64,000 nt of DNA from the NCBI GenBank assembly GCA_964441745.1, contig CAYTYR010000001.1, positions 194,754 to 258,753 of the forward strand. The letters are read 5' to 3'. The stretch comes from an uncultured Clostridia bacterium (GTDB lineage Bacteria > CAYTYR01 > UBA6262). A program made the translations under genes and the position numbers. The notes beneath the pieces are model-generated. The model saw only the letters and a program-made list of their open reading frames with translations, did no database searches and was not told where the DNA came from. Of this stretch, positions 42,384 to 53,246 are shown in pieces (within the stretch, counting starts at the first letter, position 1; every line of letters starts with the position of its first letter).

Positions 42384-43577
42384 TTAGTAGTACTTGTTAA
42401 TAACCGCTTCGATCCGGTCCATGCCAGCTTTGATCTTATCAAAACTGGTAGCATAAGATAGGCGGACATAGTTATCATTGCCGAATCCAGAGCCGGGAAT
42501 GACCGCAACTTTAGCTTCGTTGAGCCAAAACTCAGCCAGCCCCAGAGAATCTTTGATTTCCACCCCGTTCAAGGTTTTCTTTAATAGTTTGGAAATGTTA
42601 ACAAAAACATAAAAAGCGCCTTCCGGCGTTAAGCATTTTATTTTCTTGATGGCCTTGACCCGTTCCACCATATAATCGCGCCTTTTCTTGAATTCCAGGC
42701 GCATTTTTTCGACTTCATCTTGCGGCCCGTTAATTGCCGTGACGGCTGCTTTTTGGACAAAAGAGACAGGATTAGACGTAGAATGATCCTGCAAATTAGC
42801 CATAGCCTGCACTATATCCTGCCGTGCCGCGGCATAGCCGATACGCCAGCCAGTCATGGCATAGGTTTTGGAAACACCGTTAATAATGATCGTGCGCTCT
42901 TTAATGGCTGGGCCAAAACTGGCGATACTGACCGGTTTTTGGTCAGAATAGACCAGCTTTTCATAAATTTCATCAGAAATTACCAGGAAATTTTTATCCA
43001 CGGCAATTTTCGCGAAGGCTTCCAGCTCCTGGGCCGTGTACATCATGCCTGTGGGATTAGACGGGCTGTTCAGGATCAACAACTTCGTTTTGGACCGGAC
43101 CTTAGATAATAATTGTTCAGGAGAAATTTTAAAATTATTCTTTTCAGCAGTCTTGATAATGACTGGTTTACCGCCGCTGAGCTTGATCATTTCCAGGTAG
43201 CTGACCCAGTAAGGTGAGGCCAAAATGACCTCATCGCCTTTCTCGCACAAGACCATAATAGCATTATACAGGGAATGCTTGGCCCCGCAGGAAACAATAA
43301 TTTCCGCCGGCTGGAAATCTAAGCCATTATCCCGTTTAAGCTTGGCCGCAATGGCTGATTTTAATTCCGGGATCCCGGAAGTGGCGGTATATTTGGTAAA
43401 TCCTGACTGCAAAGCCCTGACCGCTGCTTCCTTTATATATGATGGGGTGTCAAAATCCGGTTCTCCAGCGCCAAATCCGATGACATCTATACCCTGGGCG
43501 CGCAGTTGATTAACCTTGGCAGTTATGCCTAAAGTAGGTGAAGGACTGATTAAAGTCGTTCTTTTTGCTAGCTGCAT
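42384..43577 (-). CDS. aspC: aspartate aminotransferase (class I/II PLP)
   Basis: GAGEPDF, NSPSNPTG, SDEIY, SKTYAMTGWRIGY. Confidence 0.9.
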   Translation of the reverse strand: MQLAKRTTLISPSPTLGITAKVNQLRAQGIDVIGFGAGEPDFDTPSYIKEAAVRALQSGFTKYTATSGIPELKSAIAAKLKRDNGLDFQPAEIIVSCGAKHSLYNAIMVLCEKGDEVILASPYWVSYLEMIKLSGGKPVIIKTAEKNNFKISPEQLLSKVRSKTKLLILNSPSNPTGMMYTAQELEAFAKIAVDKNFLVISDEIYEKLVYSDQKPVSIASFGPAIKERTIIINGVSKTYAMTGWRIGYAAARQDIVQAMANLQDHSTSNPVSFVQKAAVTAINGPQDEVEKMRLEFKKRRDYMVERVKAIKKIKCLTPEGAFYVFVNISKLLKKTLNGVEIKDSLGLAEFWLNEAKVAVIPGSGFGNDNYVRLSYATSFDKIKAGMDRIEAVINKYY

Positions 43578-43617
43578 AAGTAATTTCGTCTTTCTTGGTA
43601 ATTAGTTAGCTTCTAAC

Positions 43618-44085
43618 TTATTTTTCATCCAGGCTAATAACAATTTCTTCCGGCTTAAACCAAAGGGCAATTTCCCGTTCAGCGTCCTTGGGGTCGCTTG
43701 AGGCGTGGATGACGTTCTCATAGACTCCCTTGGTGGTAATGCGGCCATAGGCTCCCCTGATGGTGGTAGGATCAGCCTCTTCCGGATTAGTCGCTCCAGC
43801 TATTTTGCGTACCCGGGTAATGGCGTCTTCTCCCTGGTAAACAAAAGCGATCACCCGCTCAAAGCGCTTGCCATGAAGCTTGCCGCGGAAATATTTTAGT
43901 AAGTCTTCGAAAAAGGGCTTATCCTTAAGGTGTTGATAATGTTTTTCCGCCAATTCGCGTGAAACACAGACTACCTTAGCCCCGACAATTTCCAGTTTAG
44001 CCTCAGAAAGCTTAGTTAAAATATTGCCGGTTAATGATTTTTGCAATCCATCCGGTTTGATCAAGACCAATGTTTTCTCAATCAT
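43618..44085 (-). CDS. ndk: nucleoside diphosphate kinase
   Basis: TLVLIKPD, GATNP, TIRG, NVIHASS. Confidence 0.95.
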   Translation of the reverse strand: MIEKTLVLIKPDGLQKSLTGNILTKLSEAKLEIVGAKVVCVSRELAEKHYQHLKDKPFFEDLLKYFRGKLHGKRFERVIAFVYQGEDAITRVRKIAGATNPEEADPTTIRGAYGRITTKGVYENVIHASSDPKDAEREIALWFKPEEIVISLDEK

Positions 44086-44255
44086 AAATAACCCCTAGTA
44101 GTAAGTTTATGTAAAGTGGTCTTTTAACATAAAATATAGGGGTTTGTCAAGAGAAGAATATACTGGGAAAACTTATAACTCATTGACTTTATAAAGTGAA
44201 ATATGCTATCGTATTTTTTTAAAGGTACAATTTATTTCCAAAGAAAGGTCTCCCC

Positions 44256-44558
44256 ATGCTTAAGGCTATTCAAAAAATCCATAAAACCGAAACAGAAGAA
44301 AACACAAAAATAAAAAATGCGCAAATTGAAGCTGACCAGATCCTGGCGCAGGCAGAAGTGGAAGCCGCACAGATAGTAACTAAGGCCTTAGCCCAGGCAG
44401 AACAGGACAGCCAACAGATATTAGCGCAAACTAAAGAAAAAAGCCAAACCGAGATAACCCTGATTAAGCAAAAATATCAGGCAGAAATAACCGACCTGGT
44501 CAATAAGGCCAGCAAAAAAGCAGCCAAAGCCATAGAAGTAGCGATGAAAGGCCTGTAA
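44256..44558 (+). CDS. V/A-type ATPase subunit G/H
   Basis: Charged coiled coil heading the ATPase operon. Confidence 0.75.
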   Translation: MLKAIQKIHKTETEENTKIKNAQIEADQILAQAEVEAAQIVTKALAQAEQDSQQILAQTKEKSQTEITLIKQKYQAEITDLVNKASKKAAKAIEVAMKGL

Positions 44559-46657
44559 TGTCTATTGTCAAAATGAAAAAGATGCAATTATTTGCTCATA
44601 AAGAGATCAGGCAGAGACTGCTGGAATTTCTGCAGCAAGAAGGGGTTGTTCAGATAGACCCCTTAGATCATAGCCAAATGCAATCAGGATTATTGACTTA
44701 TTCTGCTGTCTCTTCCCAGGATATTGATGAAACTTTGCAGGCCTTAAGGCAAATGGTTGCTTTTCTGCAGAAACATAGCCAGGTCCGTATCCCCGGGCAG
44801 ATCCTGCTGGATCACCAGCAATGGACTCAGATTACACAGCATTTCAATTTTTTGGAATGTTATCATAAATGCCGCCAGGCAGAAGAAGATCTTAACCGGC
44901 TAGAAACAAAAAAACAGCAGCTAACCAGCCAACGACAGCAGCTTGTACCCTGGTTGACAGTAGGTATCCGCTTACAGGATTTACAAGCCAGCCCATATGT
45001 AACTTATCTGGTTGGCAGTCTGAAACAAAAAAAACAGGACGCGTGCCTAAAAAAACTGCAAGAAGAGATCCCCGCATTACACTATGAAATAATTTCACAG
45101 GATAAGGACAAGACATACCTATTAATAATTACATTACACGAGCATCAGGAGCAGGTTTTAGCAATACTGAAGCTAAATGATTTTAGCCAATATAATTTCC
45201 CGAAGATCAAAGTCACGCCAAAACGGCTTGATGTCCGTTTAACTCAAGAGTTGGGAAGAATAGACAAAACCTTGGAACATCTCTCAGAAGAGATCAAGAG
45301 CCTTAGCCAGAATCTTCCGAAACTTGTCAGCTTAATAGATTATTATCAAAATATCCGGGAAAATAAAATAGTACAGCGCTGGTTCCTGGAGAGCGATAAG
45401 ACTTTCGTTATTACCGGCTGGCTGCCAGCAAAACAAGAACCTGCTTTTCGTAAAGCCCTCTCCCAGCATTTCCAGGAAGTAGAGCTTATAACTACTATGC
45501 CGTGCGCTGACGATCTTCCGCCGGTAGAAATAGAAAACAAAAAATTAATCAAACCTTTTGAGGTGATTACAGAGCTCTATGGCTATCCAATATATACAGG
45601 AATAGACCCCACAATTTATTTAGCGCCGTTTTTTGCCTTATTTTTCGGGATTTGCCTGGGTGATGCAGGGTATGGCGTAGTCGTTGCGGTTATTGCTGCT
45701 GTCCTGTTATGGAAAATGAGAGCACGCTTAAATCCCGGCTCCTGGCGTTTTTTGACCTTATTCCTGGTGGGCGGAATTAGTACTATTATTGCCGGTATGG
45801 CTATGGGTAGTTGGTTTGGTATATCGGTTAAATACAAGTTATTTGATCCTCTTTCCCAACTGATGCTGTTTCTGGGGATTGCCCTGGGCTTAGGAGTAAT
45901 TCATATCTTTACCGGCTTGCTTATAAAAATGAAAGAAAACATTGGTGATAATGGATTTTGGGCTGGACTATGGGATCAAGGGACCTGGATCTTATTAATA
46001 ATATCTCTAATTGTATATGGTATATTACAAAGCATGGGTTTTTGGCCTGGGATAGCCGCGGCAAGTGCTTTTAGCGCGATCTTCTCCGCTGGCCTGATCG
46101 TGCTTTTTCAAGCCCGCAATCAGGATAAAAATGCTACTGATAAGTTAGATAGCTATCAATTATTATATCTTTTACTGGATCTCGGTATCACGGCCTGGAT
46201 CTTAAAAATACTTGCGCCGCTGGGGATGATCACTACGGTCGTATTTGGCAGTGCTATTATTTACCGCTGCCGGCATAATATAAAGGGATTTTTTGCCAGG
46301 CTGGGATTGGGTTTGTACGCATTATATGGGTTTACCAGCTATTTTGGCGATATTTTGTCCTATTCCCGCTTAATGGCCTTAGGCCTGGTTGGTGGTATCA
46401 TTGCCATGGTTATTAATATCATTGCCGGTATTGCCAAAGAACTGATCCCCGGAGTTGGTCTGTTAGTGGCTATTCTAATTCTCTTAGCCGGGCATGCTTT
46501 TAATTTAGTAATGAGCATGCTTAGCGCTTTTGTGCATACAGCTAGATTACAATATCTGGAATTTTTTAATAAATTTTATGTCAGCGGTGGGAAAAAGTTT
46601 AAACCTTTTAACTGGACCTACAAAAATGTGATCCTGACCGATAACATAAAAAAATAG
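44558..46657 (+). CDS. ntpI: V/A-type ATPase subunit I
   Basis: IDPT, GDAGYG, SYSRLMAL, HTARLQYLEFF. Confidence 0.93.
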   Translation: MSIVKMKKMQLFAHKEIRQRLLEFLQQEGVVQIDPLDHSQMQSGLLTYSAVSSQDIDETLQALRQMVAFLQKHSQVRIPGQILLDHQQWTQITQHFNFLECYHKCRQAEEDLNRLETKKQQLTSQRQQLVPWLTVGIRLQDLQASPYVTYLVGSLKQKKQDACLKKLQEEIPALHYEIISQDKDKTYLLIITLHEHQEQVLAILKLNDFSQYNFPKIKVTPKRLDVRLTQELGRIDKTLEHLSEEIKSLSQNLPKLVSLIDYYQNIRENKIVQRWFLESDKTFVITGWLPAKQEPAFRKALSQHFQEVELITTMPCADDLPPVEIENKKLIKPFEVITELYGYPIYTGIDPTIYLAPFFALFFGICLGDAGYGVVVAVIAAVLLWKMRARLNPGSWRFLTLFLVGGISTIIAGMAMGSWFGISVKYKLFDPLSQLMLFLGIALGLGVIHIFTGLLIKMKENIGDNGFWAGLWDQGTWILLIISLIVYGILQSMGFWPGIAAASAFSAIFSAGLIVLFQARNQDKNATDKLDSYQLLYLLLDLGITAWILKILAPLGMITTVVFGSAIIYRCRHNIKGFFARLGLGLYALYGFTSYFGDILSYSRLMALGLVGGIIAMVINIIAGIAKELIPGVGLLVAILILLAGHAFNLVMSMLSAFVHTARLQYLEFFNKFYVSGGKKFKPFNWTYKNVILTDNIKK

Positions 46658-46710
46658 TTTAGAATTTAGATATTAGAATTTAGAATTTGTATCAAAAGAG
46701 GAGGATAACA

Positions 46711-47196
46711 ATGGAATTAGGTTTTATGTTAGCTATTTTGGGAGCAGTAACAGTTGCCGGCCTGGGAGGGATTGGGTCAGCTACTGGAGTCGCGATTGCT
46801 GGCGCCGCGGCCAGTGGAATATTAAGTGAAGAACCAGAAAAATTCGGTAACACGATTGTTCTAGTCGCTTTACCAGGAACACAAGGTTTTTATGGATTTG
46901 CGATCGGGGTCATAATGCTATATTATATGGGACTTTTTGCGGCAACACCCAAAAGTATCAGTGTTGCCCAAGGGCTGGCCTTTCTGGCAACAGGCTTTTT
47001 CTGCGGCTTGGTGCAGTGGTGGTCAGCAGTATATCAGGGTAAAGTTTGCGCGTCAGCCGCCAGTATTGTGGCTAAGAATCCGGAACACTCTATGAAAGGC
47101 GTGGTTTACGCAGTTATGGTAGAGACATATGCTGTCTTGGCATTCCTGACCGCACTGATCGTCATATTAAAAGGAATAGTCCCGGGATTGCAGTAA
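46711..47196 (+). CDS. ntpK: V/A-type ATPase subunit K (4-TM proteolipid)
   Basis: LPGTQGFYG, YQG, MVETYA. Confidence 0.93.
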   Translation: MELGFMLAILGAVTVAGLGGIGSATGVAIAGAAASGILSEEPEKFGNTIVLVALPGTQGFYGFAIGVIMLYYMGLFAATPKSISVAQGLAFLATGFFCGLVQWWSAVYQGKVCASAASIVAKNPEHSMKGVVYAVMVETYAVLAFLTALIVILKGIVPGLQ

Positions 47197-47220
47197 ATTT
47201 AGCGATTTTTGGAGATAAGA

Positions 47221-47823
47221 ATGTCATTGGAAAAAATTATTGAAAGAATTACCCAGGAGTCGCTGGCCCAAGCCAACGAAATAATAGGACAAGCCAGGCA
47301 TCAAGCTTCGGTGATCCTGTCTCAGGCCAGGGCCGAAGCCGCGAGCCAGGCAAAAAGCAGAGTAGAGCAAGCCCAGCGTGAAGCAGATAACCTGGCCCAG
47401 CGGGAAAAAGCTATCGCCCAATTGGAATTACGTAAAAATATGCTGGCCGCTAAACAGGAATTAATTAGTGCCATCTATAAAAACGTAGCAGAAAAAATAG
47501 CAACGATGCCGGATAAAGAATATGTCTTGTTTATCAAAAATCAAGTACTGAACGCAGTGGAAACAGGTAAAGAACAAATTATCTTTTCCCCAACAGAGGC
47601 CAGCCGGGTAGGAAATAAATTTATCTCCGAAATAAACCAGGAATTAAAAAAAGCAGGACGGGCAGGGGAATTAACCGTGGGGCCGCCAAGTAACCAGATG
47701 ACCCGGGGGTTTTTATTACTACAGGGGCCAATAGCACTGAACTATTCCCTGGATTCTATCCTGGTCCGGCTGCGTGAAGAAACCGAGTTAAAAGTGGCCG
47801 AGATCCTTTTTAAGGAGAAATAA
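47221..47823 (+). CDS. ntpE: V/A-type ATPase subunit E
   Basis: MSLEKIIERI coiled coil, GFLL, NYSLD; operon position. Confidence 0.88.
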   Translation: MSLEKIIERITQESLAQANEIIGQARHQASVILSQARAEAASQAKSRVEQAQREADNLAQREKAIAQLELRKNMLAAKQELISAIYKNVAEKIATMPDKEYVLFIKNQVLNAVETGKEQIIFSPTEASRVGNKFISEINQELKKAGRAGELTVGPPSNQMTRGFLLLQGPIALNYSLDSILVRLREETELKVAEILFKEK

Positions 47824-48765
47824 ATGAGCACAGCGTATGTACAGGCTGTGGCTAAAATCAGGGCACTCGAGTCTAAGCTGTTAAATAGCCAGACTTTAGA
47901 GCAGTTGGCTAATACAGCTAATTTTGGCGATGCTCTCAATGAAGTCAAACCACGGCTCTATGGCGTTGCCACGGAGCGGATACAAAACCTGCCGGAGGCA
48001 TTGGATAGTATTAACCAGGAAGAAAAATACCTGTTTGCCTGTACGGCACAACTGGTAAATGATCCTGTTCTGGCTGAGCTCATGGCTGGGTATAACCGTC
48101 TAACAGGCATAAAAGAAATAATTAAAAATACCCTCAGCTCCCGGGAACAAGTACCGTCTGTAATAAAAACCTGGCCAGAATATATCAAAGAAGCCTGGAT
48201 CATGGCGCAAAAACAATATAGCGAGGCGGCTGATCTAAAAATCGTTGATTTTATCATTGACACTTACTACTGGCAAGCGCTGCAAGAAGCCTTCGGACAG
48301 CGCCGCTCTTTCTGGCTAAAAGATCTCTGCCGGTTGTCCGTAGATTTTTATAATCTCAAAGCCTGGCTCCGGTTTAAAATAAATGCCATTGCGCCTAAAA
48401 ATATTACGGTTTTATTTTTAAGAGGCGGTGAAATTGACCGCACCATATTCCTAAAATCGATGGAGATGGCTGCGGATGATTTTATTCAGGTACTAAAGTA
48501 TAAGCCATACGCGCCTGAATTAACAGCAGTCTGGCAGCAAGTTAAACAAAATGGAGAGTGGCAGCCGCTAGATCTTTTTTTTACTAATTACCTGATCAAG
48601 TACCTGCGCGCAACAAAGCTGGTCTATGACGGGCCTGAACCAGTATTGGCTTATCTGCTCGTCAGGCTGGCGGAATTGAATAATATTAAGGTGATCCTGA
48701 GCGGGAAATTCTATAATCTGCCTAAAGAACTTATTACCCGTCGGTTGAGTAAAACCTATGTCTAA
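47824..48765 (+). CDS. ntpC: V/A-type ATPase subunit C
   Basis: KIRALESKLL, GPEPVLAYL...ELNNIKVIL. Confidence 0.88.
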   Translation: MSTAYVQAVAKIRALESKLLNSQTLEQLANTANFGDALNEVKPRLYGVATERIQNLPEALDSINQEEKYLFACTAQLVNDPVLAELMAGYNRLTGIKEIIKNTLSSREQVPSVIKTWPEYIKEAWIMAQKQYSEAADLKIVDFIIDTYYWQALQEAFGQRRSFWLKDLCRLSVDFYNLKAWLRFKINAIAPKNITVLFLRGGEIDRTIFLKSMEMAADDFIQVLKYKPYAPELTAVWQQVKQNGEWQPLDLFFTNYLIKYLRATKLVYDGPEPVLAYLLVRLAELNNIKVILSGKFYNLPKELITRRLSKTYV

Positions 48766-49075
48766 AACAGGAAAAATTTGCTTTATTGGTGAAAAAGCGG
48801 TGGTCAGTCCATTTCGGGTTTGCGGCGCAGATGTATATTATTTTAGCCCGGACACATGGCCTGATACTACTAAAAAAATAGCGGAGCAAGACTATCAAAT
48901 TATTTTCATTACGGAAGAAGTTGCTCCTTACATGATTAAGGCGCCTGAGACCAATATTGTTGTTTTGCCTAATACCGAAAGTATGTTTTTTAAAACAGGC
49001 AAAGCCAGCCAGGGTGCGGAAGAATTACGGCAGATTATTATTAAGGCGGTCGGGACGGATATACTGGTAGAATAA
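48758..49075 (+). CDS. ntpF: V/A-type ATPase subunit F
   Basis: KICFIGE, YQIIFITE, KAVGTDI. Confidence 0.88.
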   Translation: MSKTGKICFIGEKAVVSPFRVCGADVYYFSPDTWPDTTKKIAEQDYQIIFITEEVAPYMIKAPETNIVVLPNTESMFFKTGKASQGAEELRQIIIKAVGTDILVE

Positions 49076-49085
49076 AAAGGTTGTT

Positions 49086-49181
49086 GGTTTTAGAAGTAGG
49101 TATGGAAGTAAGTCTTAGGTTTGAGGCTTAGAGACTAACTTCCATAGACTTCAGACCAAACTTACTTCCAAAACATACACC
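49086..49181 (+). repeat. ~96-bp intergenic hairpin repeat, copy 2
   Basis: Matches copy 1 (42266-42361); imperfect internal inverted symmetry. Confidence 0.8.
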
Positions 49182-49226
49182 TAATAACTTTTCTCTAATT
49201 GACAAGAGTATTTAGATGGAGGAATC

Positions 49227-50972
49227 ATGAGTGGCGGGAAGATTGTAAAAGTTTCCGGGCCGCTGGTAATTGCCAGCGATTTAAATGAGGTTAAAATGTA
49301 TGATGTCGTCAAGGTTGGGCTGCCCCAATTGATCGGTGAAGTTATCGGCCTTGATGGCAACACTGCTTTTATCCAGGTATACGAAGAAACCTCCGGGATC
49401 GGGCCTGATGAACCGGTAATCAGTACCGGGGCGCCGCTTAGTGTAGAATTAGGACCTGGCTTGATCGGCGGTATCTACGATGGTATTCAGCGTCCCTTGA
49501 CCGTGATCCAGCAAATGAGCGGAAGCTGGATCGCCCGGGGTATTGATATCCCCAAGCTGGACCGGAAAAAGAAATGGCCTTTCCAGGCTAAAGTAAACAA
49601 AGGGGACCAGTTAATTACCGGAGATATCATCGGGACAGTCCAGGAAACAGAACTGGTAGAACAGAAGATCATGGTGCCTCCAGGTTTGGCCGGAGAAGTG
49701 ACCATGATCAAATCAGGCGATTTTACTGTGGAAGAAGTGGTGTGTCAATTAAAACAGGATGGACAAAGTATAGATATAAAAATGGCTCAACACTGGCCGG
49801 TTCGCGCGATGCGCCCGATCAAGGAAAAACTGCCTCCAATCGAGCCTCTAGTAACTGGGCAGAGAGTTATTGATACATTTTTCCCGGTAGCTAAAGGCGG
49901 CACAGCTTGCATTCCTGGCCCCTTCGGATCCGGTAAGACCGTCGTCCAGCACCAATTGGCCAAATGGGCTGATGCGCAGATAATTGTTTATGTAGGATGT
50001 GGGGAACGCGGCAACGAAATGACCGATGTTTTGCAGGAGTTCCCTAAACTGAAAGATCCACGCAGTGGAGAACCACTGATCAAAAGAACGGTCTTGATCG
50101 CCAATACCAGCAATATGCCAGTTTCCGCGCGTGAAGCCTCGGTTTATACCGGGATAACGATCGCAGAATATTTCCGGGATATGGGCTATACTGTTGCTTT
50201 AATGGCTGATTCTACCAGCCGTTGGGCAGAAGCGCTCAGGGAAATGTCTGGCCGCCTGGAAGAAATGCCCGGCGAAGAGGGATATCCGGCCTATTTATCG
50301 ATGAGGCTGGCTGAATTTTATGAACGGGCGGGCAGGGTAAATTGCGCCGGCAGCGAAGAACGCGAAGGAAGCTTATCCGTGATCGGAGCAGTCAGCCCCC
50401 CTGGCGGCGATCTTTCTGACCCAGTGGTCCAAAGCACTCTGCGGGTAGTTAAAGTATTCTGGAGCCTGGAAGATAAGTTGGCTTACAAACGGCATTTCCC
50501 GGCTATTAACTGGCTGAATAGCTATTCTTTATATTTAGATAATATTAGCGCATATCTGGGGAAAAAGATCGGCCCTGATTTCCTGGTTTTACGGCGGGAA
50601 GCGATCAAACTTTTGCAAGATGAAGCTTCTTTAGAGGAAATTGTGCGTCTAGTCGGTGTGGAATCATTGTCTCCTAATGACCGGCTGACTTTGGCTACAG
50701 CTAAAAGTATCCGGGAGGATTTCCTGCACCAGATGGCTTTTGACCCGGAAGACACCTATACTTCCTTGCAAAAACAGCGCCTGTTACTGAAATTAATCAT
50801 GCATTTCCATTATCTGGCCAAAGAAGGCATTGGCCGTAAACTTAATCTTGATGATATATTGAAAGATAAAGTTAAGGAAAAAATTGCTAAGGCTAAATAT
50901 ATCCCTGAGAATAATCTAAATGTTTTTGATGAAATATCCAAAGAAATCGATAATGTTTTTAAAGCGGTGTAA
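49227..50972 (+). CDS. ntpA: V/A-type ATPase subunit A
   Basis: [25 protein letters not shown]. Confidence 0.97.
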   Translation: MSGGKIVKVSGPLVIASDLNEVKMYDVVKVGLPQLIGEVIGLDGNTAFIQVYEETSGIGPDEPVISTGAPLSVELGPGLIGGIYDGIQRPLTVIQQMSGSWIARGIDIPKLDRKKKWPFQAKVNKGDQLITGDIIGTVQETELVEQKIMVPPGLAGEVTMIKSGDFTVEEVVCQLKQDGQSIDIKMAQHWPVRAMRPIKEKLPPIEPLVTGQRVIDTFFPVAKGGTACIPGPFGSGKTVVQHQLAKWADAQIIVYVGCGERGNEMTDVLQEFPKLKDPRSGEPLIKRTVLIANTSNMPVSAREASVYTGITIAEYFRDMGYTVALMADSTSRWAEALREMSGRLEEMPGEEGYPAYLSMRLAEFYERAGRVNCAGSEEREGSLSVIGAVSPPGGDLSDPVVQSTLRVVKVFWSLEDKLAYKRHFPAINWLNSYSLYLDNISAYLGKKIGPDFLVLRREAIKLLQDEASLEEIVRLVGVESLSPNDRLTLATAKSIREDFLHQMAFDPEDTYTSLQKQRLLLKLIMHFHYLAKEGIGRKLNLDDILKDKVKEKIAKAKYIPENNLNVFDEISKEIDNVFKAV

Positions 50973-51040
50973 TTTTTTAAACAGTCATACCTACTTCTAC
51001 AACTTTTAACTTACTGCTATCTTTACAAGGAGAAAAAGGC

Positions 51041-52438
51041 ATGTCCAAGGCTAAAGAATATTCAACAGTCACCAGTATTACCGGCCCTTTGCTGATGGTC
51101 GAGCATACGGCCGGGATAAAGTATAGCGAAATAGCAGAAATAGTCCTGAAAAACGGGGAAGTGCGTCATGGCCGGGTGCTCGAAATAAATAAGGATAAAG
51201 CCCTGGTCCAACTATTTGAAGGTTCGATGGGTTTAAATTTAGCCGACAGCCGGGTTCGTTTTTTAGGCAAAAGCTTGGAATTGGGAGTCAGCCTGGATAT
51301 GCTGGGACGGATCTTTAACGGGCTAGGCCAGCCGATCGATAAAGGGCCGAACATTATTCCTGAAATAAAACTGGATATTAATGGACAGCCGATCAATCCT
51401 TGTGCCCGGGATTATCCAAATGAATTTATCCAGACCGGGATTAGCGCTATTGATGGAATGACTACCCTGGTCCGCGGTCAGAAACTGCCGATTTTTTCCG
51501 CCTCAGGATTGCCGCATAACGAATTAGCGGCACAAATAGCCCGGCAAGCTAAAGTATTAGGCCAGGATGAACAATTTGCCGTAGTTTTTGGCGCGATGGG
51601 CATCACTTTTGAAGAAGCGGATTACTTTATTACTGATTTTAAAAAAACCGGCGCTATTGAACGGGCTGTTTTGTTTATGAACCTGGCTGATGATCCGGCG
51701 ATTGAACGTATTGCCACTCCACGGATGGCGCTGACCTGCGCTGAATACCTGGCTTTTGAAAAAGGCATGCATGTGCTGGTCATTCTTACCGACATGACTA
51801 ATTTCTGCGAAGCCTTGCGCCAGATCTCCGCGGCCAGAAAGGAGATCCCCGGCCGCCGTGGTTATCCCGGGTATATGTATACCGAATTAGCTACTATTTA
51901 TGAACGGGCCGGCAGGATCATCGGACAGAAAGGATCTATCACCCAGTTCCCGATCCTGACTATGCCGGATGATGATAAAACCCACCCGATCCCTGACCTA
52001 ACCGGCTATATTACTGAAGGCCAGGTAATCTTAAGCCGTGAATTACACCGCCGCGGCGTTTACCCGCCAATTGATATTCTGCCTTCATTATCACGTCTAA
52101 AAGAAAAGGGTATCGGTGAAAACAAAACGAGGGGTGATCATGGCAGTGTTACCAGCCAGATCTTCAGCTCTTATGCCCGCGGCAAGGAAGTAAAAGAGTT
52201 AGCAATAATTTTAGGGGAAGCGGCCTTGTCCGAAACAGATAAGCTCTATGCCAAATTTAGCGATGAATTAGAAGGCTCCTTTATCAGTCAGAAAGAAAAT
52301 GATGAACGCAGTATTACGGAGACTCTGGATCTGTGCTGGAAACTTTTACTGCAATTCCCGCGTAATGAATTGAAGCGGATCAAAGATGCGGATATAGAAA
52401 AGTATTTTCTGAAAGGCCAGCAATCCGAGGATAAATAA
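51041..52438 (+). CDS. ntpB: V/A-type ATPase subunit B
   Basis: [32 protein letters not shown]. Confidence 0.97.
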   Translation: MSKAKEYSTVTSITGPLLMVEHTAGIKYSEIAEIVLKNGEVRHGRVLEINKDKALVQLFEGSMGLNLADSRVRFLGKSLELGVSLDMLGRIFNGLGQPIDKGPNIIPEIKLDINGQPINPCARDYPNEFIQTGISAIDGMTTLVRGQKLPIFSASGLPHNELAAQIARQAKVLGQDEQFAVVFGAMGITFEEADYFITDFKKTGAIERAVLFMNLADDPAIERIATPRMALTCAEYLAFEKGMHVLVILTDMTNFCEALRQISAARKEIPGRRGYPGYMYTELATIYERAGRIIGQKGSITQFPILTMPDDDKTHPIPDLTGYITEGQVILSRELHRRGVYPPIDILPSLSRLKEKGIGENKTRGDHGSVTSQIFSSYARGKEVKELAIILGEAALSETDKLYAKFSDELEGSFISQKENDERSITETLDLCWKLLLQFPRNELKRIKDADIEKYFLKGQQSEDK

Positions 52439-53067
52439 TGCGGCTTAATGTCAATCCTACCAGGATGGAACTAATTAAATTACGCCAGCGGACAGCTATT
52501 GCCCGGCGTGGGCATAAGTTATTGAAAGATAAACAAGATGAGCTGATGCGCACTTTTATGGAATTAATTACCAAGCTTAAAAATAGCCGGCAGGAGGCGG
52601 AAAAGGCACTGCAAGAAGCAACCGCCAGCTATATCCTGAATAAAGCGCAAATCGGCGAAAAAACGATTGACCAGCTCTGGCAGGGGTTAAAAGCAGAGGT
52701 AGAAGTGACCTGGAGCTGGGAACCGCTAATGAACTTGAAATTACCGCGTTATCAGGTAGTTGCTAAGGCCCAGGATATCAGCTCTGGTTACCTGCAGCCA
52801 ACCTTTGCCCTGGACCAGATGACTGAACAATATAAAAAACTTCTGGCGCAACTGGCAGCCTTGGCTGAGCAGGAAAAAGTTATTAAATTGCTAGCTGAAG
52901 AAATAGGGAAAACCCGCCGCCGGGTCAATGCCCTGGAATATATTTTGATCCCGAATCTGATAGAAACCATGCGCTACATTAACATGAAGCTCATTGAAAA
53001 CGAGCGCGGGACAATTACGAGATTGATGAAAATCAAGGATCTAGTTCATAAAAAAGCAGCTACTTAA
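52438..53067 (+). CDS. ntpD: V/A-type ATPase subunit D
   Basis: NPTRMEL, GHKLLKDK, TRRRVNALE. Confidence 0.95.
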   Translation: MRLNVNPTRMELIKLRQRTAIARRGHKLLKDKQDELMRTFMELITKLKNSRQEAEKALQEATASYILNKAQIGEKTIDQLWQGLKAEVEVTWSWEPLMNLKLPRYQVVAKAQDISSGYLQPTFALDQMTEQYKKLLAQLAALAEQEKVIKLLAEEIGKTRRRVNALEYILIPNLIETMRYINMKLIENERGTITRLMKIKDLVHKKAAT

Positions 53068-53246
53068 ATAATCGTCGGAATCCGGAATATTTAGAGAGAC
53101 AGAGAGACAGAATTAAGTTGACACAGCGCTAAAACAGGGGTATTTTTATATTGGGGTATAGTTGAAAAACAGATAAGGGAGGCAGGCATAATATAGAACC
53201 GTTTTTATTAGTAGGTGAGCCCGGATTAATAGGAAGGGTCTATTTT

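Noticed and set aside
42236-42508. N-terminal extension of the homocitrate-synthase-like ORF
   Set aside because: It runs through the intergenic repeat and the aspC 3' end; the SD supports 42235.
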